Positions 59,005 to 64,000 of a stretch of DNA of 64,000 bases are shown here, piece after piece. The first letter of the stretch is position 1. Each line of letters starts with the position of its first letter. The notes beneath the pieces are model-generated. The model did not search any database. It saw only the letters and a list, made by a program, of their open reading frames with translations, and was not told the origin of the DNA. This stretch comes from a virus (lineage: Duplodnaviria > Caudoviricetes), in IMG/VR virus record IMGVR_UViG_3300032216_001891, positions 32,001 through 96,000 of that record. One strand, written 5' to 3'. Position numbers and translations under genes: made by a program.

Positions 59005-60091
59005 CGCTATTAGCGACCCGTTCAACTTCTAAATCGGTGAGTTCAGGATAAATCGGTAGGCTGATTGCTTCTCTCGAAAACGCTGTAGATTCTCTAAACA
59101 ATTCTCTAGCATAGTCAATATAGTCATAGCCTACGGGCAATTCAAACAAGGGCGTGTCATAATGGAAACGTGAGTCAATTTCACAACTCTGTAAGTAATC
59201 ACGCAGGCCATGACGTTCACTCAGCCGTATTACAAATTTACTCCAAGCCGAAGTTACGTGTTCTCCGGGTAATACTACATCTACATATTCAGCGAGTTCT
59301 TGTGTGTAGTATTCGGCGATCTCCTGTCTACGTGTCTGCCAAGCATCAAAATATTTGAGTTTGACCAACATCTGAGTTGCATCGCTTTCGCTCATTTTAC
59401 TGTTGGTGCCAAATCCTTGATGCCCCATGTGCTTGCCATTGTCACGCAGGTCCATTACATCTTCATACATGACTTGACTGTCGGTGAGTACCATGCCACC
59501 CGATCCGTAGTTGTTTAGATTCTTAGTGGGATCAAAACTCAACACACTGATGTCACCGAGACTGCCCGAGGGTTGATCCTTGTACCTGGCACCAAAACTC
59601 TGTGCAGCATCTTCTATCACACGTATGTTGCTGTTGAAAAACTCTGTTTGCAGTCTAAATCTATCATAGTCTACAACATGCCCAAACAGGTTGGCATACA
59701 TGATACAGTTAACACCAGCTCCGGTTAGGGCCATGTCCATGCTTTCTAAATCTATTAGTGCTGCATCATCAGTGTCGCAAAACACCGGAGTATTGCCGGT
59801 ATACAGCACCGAGTTAATAGTGGCTGCAAAACTCAAGGTGGGAATTAACACACGAGATTCCTGTGGCAATGTCACTTGTTGTGCAAAAATCAATCCCTGT
59901 GTGGCACTGTTCACTGCAACTGCATATTCTCGACCACATCGACGGGCTATGGCTGTTTCAAACTGTTGAGTACATTCACCATCCAACACCTGCCCGGATC
60001 GGTACACTTGATCCACGGCATCAAGTATCTCTTCACGCAGAGTCAAGTATTGACGATCAACGCCGAAGAAGGGTATCTGTGATCCACTCAT
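58985..60091 (-). CDS. DegT/DnrJ/EryC1/StrS PLP-dependent sugar aminotransferase
   Basis: AVNSATQGL, IEDAAQSFG, SFDPTKNL (PLP Lys), GGM, SLPIYP. Confidence 0.92.
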   Translation of the reverse strand: MSGSQIPFFGVDRQYLTLREEILDAVDQVYRSGQVLDGECTQQFETAIARRCGREYAVAVNSATQGLIFAQQVTLPQESRVLIPTLSFAATINSVLYTGNTPVFCDTDDAALIDLESMDMALTGAGVNCIMYANLFGHVVDYDRFRLQTEFFNSNIRVIEDAAQSFGARYKDQPSGSLGDISVLSFDPTKNLNNYGSGGMVLTDSQVMYEDVMDLRDNGKHMGHQGFGTNSKMSESDATQMLVKLKYFDAWQTRRQEIAEYYTQELAEYVDVVLPGEHVTSAWSKFVIRLSERHGLRDYLQSCEIDSRFHYDTPLFELPVGYDYIDYARELFRESTAFSREAISLPIYPELTDLEVERVANSVKNYLR

Positions 60092-61013
60092 GATATTTTT
60101 TAAATCCTGACTCAATGTCTGTGGTGCCACGATAACCAAAGTCTTCGCCAGCACGTATGTTACTTAATGTTCCTCTTGATGGGAATCTAGGATTGGCATC
60201 GACAATTTTTATTCTGCCACCACCGGCTATGGCGACAGCCAATTCAGCAGCCTCTACCAAACTTCTGGCCTCACCTCTAGTTATGTTGTATGTTCTACCA
60301 CTGCTGTTGAAATTGACAGCGGCACGTACAATACCCTCCACTACATCATCCACATAGGTGAAATCCAAACGTTCTCTAGCACCACACACAGTTAATTCTT
60401 CATTGCGTATGGCCGAGAGCAAGAATCTACTTACAACTCTATCAACAACATCATGCGGGCCATACACAGCACTGGGCCGAATCACAACATGGTCAATGCC
60501 AGCTGTTCTACAAAGATCACGTGTGAGTGTTTCACCAGCGAGTTTTAATATTCCGTAGATGCCGCGTGGTCGGCACTGCATATCTTCATAGGCCAAGGGA
60601 GCAAAGTCACCGTACACCATACTGCTACTGATATAGACAAATCTACGCAAGCGAACCTGTTCACTGGCACGTAGTAGATTTATCAAGCCCTGTGTCAGCA
60701 CTTGACTGCCTTCAGTGGGATTCAAATCCACGGCCTTGGCTCGAGGATATGCTGCACAGTGTATAACCACATCCGGGCGACATTCTTCAAACGCAGTTAC
60801 GACATAATTGTAGTTTCTAATGTCTACATTGTGTATGCTCTGTGTTTGAATACGATCAAGACGTTGTTGATGTAGGGGAGTTAATTCTGATTCAGGTATA
60901 ATACCATAGTTGGTGAAGTTGTCCAGCACACAGACTTCATGTCCTTGCTGTTCCAATAGTCGTACTATGTTGTGTCCAATAAATCCAGCACCGCCGGTTA
61001 CTAGAAATTTCAT
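60057..61013 (-). CDS. NAD-dependent NDP-sugar epimerase/dehydratase
   Basis: TGGAGFIG, SSSMVYG, YGILK, DFTYVDD. Confidence 0.92.
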   Translation of the reverse strand: MKFLVTGGAGFIGHNIVRLLEQQGHEVCVLDNFTNYGIIPESELTPLHQQRLDRIQTQSIHNVDIRNYNYVVTAFEECRPDVVIHCAAYPRAKAVDLNPTEGSQVLTQGLINLLRASEQVRLRRFVYISSSMVYGDFAPLAYEDMQCRPRGIYGILKLAGETLTRDLCRTAGIDHVVIRPSAVYGPHDVVDRVVSRFLLSAIRNEELTVCGARERLDFTYVDDVVEGIVRAAVNFNSSGRTYNITRGEARSLVEAAELAVAIAGGGRIKIVDANPRFPSRGTLSNIRAGEDFGYRGTTDIESGFKKYHEWITDTLLRR

Positions 61014-61687
61014 TGTACAAATTCACCAGCCATGGGAAATATTTCTGCAATGACACCGGCACAGGCACGAGCAATCTCTTGATGCTCCAGTTGTGTACCA
61101 TTGGCACTGCGAAGTTCTATGTAGTGAATCCAACTACGCAAGGTGCCGTTCATGTAGAGTCTACTCACTGTATTACCCTCGGGCAACACAGCACGGGCCT
61201 GTTCTTTGGCAATGCCGTTGCGTACAGCCCATGTGTAAGTTTCTCGAGCTAGGTCAATCACAGCCTGTTGTCGTTCCTGCCAAGTTTCTCGAAGAATTTG
61301 ATTTGACACAGAGTCTTCCAGCTCAATACTGTTTTGACGATTTTTAGTATCTTGTAAACGTGCTTGTCTTGTAACAAAACTTAAATCTTGTGTGGGATCT
61401 GCATAGCGTTGACTAAACTCTTGGAAACTAAAACTTCTATGACGCAACATCTGTCTTGCAATGTCTCTAGTAGTGGTAATTTCCAAACAGGCCGACACCA
61501 TTTCCAATGGACTCCAGTGTTGATGTTTGACCAAGTATCTAATTAATCGTTCACTGGTTTCAGTATTGATTTGATTTGATGGATTACTGACTCTTGCACA
61601 GAACGCTACCAGTTCCTGTACGTTGTTTACCTCAGACTCCAGCATGTCTTGGCTGGGAGCAGAATAACTTATTAATTTAACTTGCAT
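61010..61687 (-). CDS. thyX: FAD-dependent thymidylate synthase
   Basis: HWSPLE, RQMLRHRSFSFQEFSQRY, EQARAVLP. Confidence 0.95.
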   Translation of the reverse strand: MQVKLISYSAPSQDMLESEVNNVQELVAFCARVSNPSNQINTETSERLIRYLVKHQHWSPLEMVSACLEITTTRDIARQMLRHRSFSFQEFSQRYADPTQDLSFVTRQARLQDTKNRQNSIELEDSVSNQILRETWQERQQAVIDLARETYTWAVRNGIAKEQARAVLPEGNTVSRLYMNGTLRSWIHYIELRSANGTQLEHQEIARACAGVIAEIFPMAGEFVQ

Positions 61688-62189
61688 GTTTATGTTGTCG
61701 TTTAAAAATTGGTGTATATTTTACCAGTGTGGATCGAAAATCGGCAGCTACTTCTGCCCTAACAGGAACAAATCCTGCCAAGAAGGTTTTAAGTTCCATT
61801 CTAGTATCTATTTTAAATGAACCACGAACATGTGTCAAGTAAACACTATCCAAAATATTAACACAGCCAGCAATCAATTCGGGACCGCCTGCCAGCCATA
61901 TGATCCTGGTGGGGTTTTCCTGTTCCAACTTGAGCACAGCCTCACAGATATCTCCTGCCACAGTGCCCGCGGTGTTGATGTGGTGATGTGTGGCCACATA
62001 CACCATACGTCCCACAAAAGGTTTAGGTATCACAGGATCGTCCCAAGTGTGTCGTCCCATCACCACCACGTGGTTTTGGGTCAGTCGTGTGAACGAGTCA
62101 AGATTGTGTGTGGTGTTGGGCCATGGTCTAGTGCCATTGACGCCCATGCCGCCATAGTAATCCGCGGCAAATAGTGCATTGATAGTCAT
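61677..62189 (-). CDS. Dihydrofolate reductase-like protein (degenerate)
   Basis: GMG.NG..PW, VVMGRHTW, GR, AGG, YLT; Asn at the catalytic Asp position. Confidence 0.8.
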   Translation of the reverse strand: MTINALFAADYYGGMGVNGTRPWPNTTHNLDSFTRLTQNHVVVMGRHTWDDPVIPKPFVGRMVYVATHHHINTAGTVAGDICEAVLKLEQENPTRIIWLAGGPELIAGCVNILDSVYLTHVRGSFKIDTRMELKTFLAGFVPVRAEVAADFRSTLVKYTPIFKRQHKHAS

Positions 62190-62192
62190 TGA

Positions 62193-62543
62193 TTATAAAT
62201 TTTTAAGTAAGTTGTCAGTGATGGGTTGTACTGCTTGAGCAACATGATCTACACTGATGAAAAAGTCGACATTTTTTATAATGTCTTCCAAGGATTCTAG
62301 TCGCTCGTTGATGCGTTGTTCTAAATCTTCTGGTGCCGCACCCTCGGCCAGTAGTTCTTGTATGTCAATATCTACTTGGGTGCCGTCTATTAGGTTAACA
62401 GTGATTGCACGGAGTACAGATACTGGAGCCTGAGCTTTTTCAACTTCGGCCAGTATCTGTCGCCATTTGTCACGTTGTGTAATAGTTAATTTAAGCCGTT
62501 TGTTTTTTCGCGGGAGCTTTTTTGGCTTTGGTTGGTTTGACAT
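62193..62543 (-). CDS. Hypothetical protein
   Basis: 116-aa ORF in the minus-strand run. Confidence 0.6.
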   Translation of the reverse strand: MSNQPKPKKLPRKNKRLKLTITQRDKWRQILAEVEKAQAPVSVLRAITVNLIDGTQVDIDIQELLAEGAAPEDLEQRINERLESLEDIIKNVDFFISVDHVAQAVQPITDNLLKNL

Positions 62544-63171
62544 TGTTTACGGGTGTAGTGAATTCAGCAGCTTCAAGTTCTAATCTCTCTGCTTCTTTTA
62601 ATAAAGTCTGTGCGTCTAATTTCATTTTAGCGGCTTGAGCAATTCTTTGACTTGCAATCTGCTCGTCAGTTAGTACATCGCCAATAGTAGCTGTGCTGAC
62701 TGTGGCGGGCTGACTGCGACTTGCTGGGCTTACACCTACTTCTCTTGGTTCACGACGTCCGGTCATTCCGGCATTGGCATCTAAATCTGCCAATTTTTTA
62801 ATAGCTTCTTCACCTTGTGCCATTTCGTTTAGGATTTTGTTTAATTCGTCTAAACGAACTGTGCTCTTGGCATTGGGAGTGATAATGACTTGATTGGTGT
62901 TGACTTTCTTTAAAAGCCCTTGGGTATGCAGAGCTTCTAGACAGTTACGTCCATCAGCCAATACATGACGGAATAATGCATCGGCCAATTCTGTACTGTT
63001 TTGTCCCACTGGACTTTCCAACACTTTCATTACATCATCGTGAATCATCTGTGGCAATGTGTCGCTGTAAATCACCAGGCACATGTGATCATCGCCAGGA
63101 ATCTGACGATATGCTAGTACAATTCTTTTTCCATTGTGTTTACCAATGTGCTTGAGTACGCCTTGTGCCAT
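62491..63171 (-). CDS. Hypothetical protein
   Basis: 226-aa ORF with AGGAGA SD; coiled-coil and basic C-terminus. Confidence 0.72.
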   Translation of the reverse strand: MAQGVLKHIGKHNGKRIVLAYRQIPGDDHMCLVIYSDTLPQMIHDDVMKVLESPVGQNSTELADALFRHVLADGRNCLEALHTQGLLKKVNTNQVIITPNAKSTVRLDELNKILNEMAQGEEAIKKLADLDANAGMTGRREPREVGVSPASRSQPATVSTATIGDVLTDEQIASQRIAQAAKMKLDAQTLLKEAERLELEAAEFTTPVNNVKPTKAKKAPAKKQTA

Positions 63172-63173
63172 GA

Positions 63174-63413
63174 TTATTCTCCTTGTGGTTGGTCAGCTGT
63201 ATCTGCTGGGGGTGTTGCACCAACGCCTTGAGCTTGTAAAAATGCAGATAACCGATCATGTAAACCGCCGACTACGGCCATTTCGTCTGCACGTATAGCA
63301 CCGCGTTGTGCTGTTACTTGAATAGTTTGTAAAGCCAGGCTAAGATCGCTTAGTGTCAACTGCGGTGCAGGTGCGTTCTCTGGGGCTTGTGGTTGTTGTA
63401 ATTCGTCTGACAT
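63174..63413 (-). CDS. Small hypothetical protein
   Basis: GGAGA SD; upstream TAAATA box. Confidence 0.7.
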   Translation of the reverse strand: MSDELQQPQAPENAPAPQLTLSDLSLALQTIQVTAQRGAIRADEMAVVGGLHDRLSAFLQAQGVGATPPADTADQPQGE

Positions 63414-63444
63414 GTTTTTCTCCGTTTAAATAATTAACTACAGT

Positions 63445-63452
63445 TATTTAAC
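63445..63452 (-). promoter_or_regulatory. Late promoter GTTAAATA
   Basis: TAAATA core in the intergenic gap upstream of 63413. Confidence 0.5.
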
Positions 63453-63479
63453 CAGGTCAGTATGCCACGGAAAAATTTT

Positions 63480-63770
63480 TTAGAACGGGCGTTGGTCGTG
63501 GTTAACAGTGGACAACACCAATGCAAAGTAACTGGCCTCTCCGGCAGTTTCAAAGGCGGCTCTTTTTGAAAAACCCACGCCCAAGGTGACTTCTTTTGGC
63601 AGTACATCTCCAAAGTAAAATCTACCATCAAGATTTGCCCAAATCCAGTCTGTGATGTCTTTGTCATCCACCAAGCACTCGAAATCCACTGGTGTAAAGT
63701 GTGGCGGACAGTGGGCCAACTGTCGTAGCCCAAACACTGCCAGGGGATTGGCATCGTTGAGTTTAAGCAA
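63480..63770 (-). CDS. Hypothetical protein
   Basis: Likely TTG start overlapping the upstream stop; NPLAVFGLR..CPPHF. Confidence 0.55.
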   Translation of the reverse strand: MLKLNDANPLAVFGLRQLAHCPPHFTPVDFECLVDDKDITDWIWANLDGRFYFGDVLPKEVTLGVGFSKRAAFETAGEASYFALVLSTVNHDQRPF

Positions 63771-64000
63771 TTCCCGCGGCCTTTTTCGCACGTTCAGTGA
63801 TGGCTTGATTCAAGCGTTCTTGTGTAACATCACTGACTTCACCAGTGACCACAGTGATATTTGGTTCATCTGGTTGCGGATACTCCACTGTGATTTTATT
63901 CTTCAATGCTGAATCTGCATCCAATCTAAATCCACCAATGATGTGCCACTGTGACGATGCTTCGGCAATTTCTGTGGCTCTAACCAAATCTTCCAAACGC
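63763..64000 (-). CDS. Hypothetical protein, 5' end probably outside the window
   Basis: Frame open to the window edge. Confidence 0.45.
   Translation of the reverse strand, partial: RLEDLVRATEIAEASSQWHIIGGFRLDADSALKNKITVEYPQPDEPNITVVTGEVSDVTQERLNQAITERAKKAAGIA

Noticed and set aside
1-64000. Stop-codon reassignment, as seen in some large phages
   Set aside because: Very long ORFs are intact in code 11, and TAG (12091, 29199, 35881) and TGA (46903, 49005) end genes at tight junctions.
1-64000. CRISPR arrays, tRNAs, introns, inteins
   Set aside because: None recognised by eye; intergenic gaps are tiny and all repeats seen are in-frame coding repeats. Covariance-model scans were not run.

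Overview
Fragment of a large T4-like (jumbo-type) myovirus genome, densely coding in the standard genetic code. Left end, minus strand: gp55-like late sigma factor, then gp47 and gp46 recombination nuclease genes (gp46 truncated by the window edge). 3.2-35.5 kb, plus strand: late baseplate/tail module with TAAATA promoters, encoding a tube-initiator-like protein, gp53, a hub protein, a 1462-aa gp5-like spike, gp25, gp6, a ~4300-aa virion protein, tail fibres and a Gly-rich adhesin. 35.5-61 kb: a ~25 kb cluster of almost entirely soluble biosynthetic enzymes: six glycosyltransferase-like proteins, five N-terminal-twitch radical SAM enzymes, three SGNH proteins, a NodU/TobZ carbamoyltransferase, an APS-kinase/nucleotidyltransferase fusion, a DegT aminotransferase and an NDP-sugar epimerase/dehydratase. 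Right end: thyX, a degenerate DHFR and hypothetical genes. Main candidates for new biology: (1) the radical SAM/glycan-tailoring cluster; (2) a spike with five predicted hydrolase domains, including an SGNH esterase inserted inside a lysozyme-like domain; (3) an apparent ATT start codon on the late sigma factor, alongside several probably leaderless transcripts. All product calls come from motif recognition by eye; no database searches were run.
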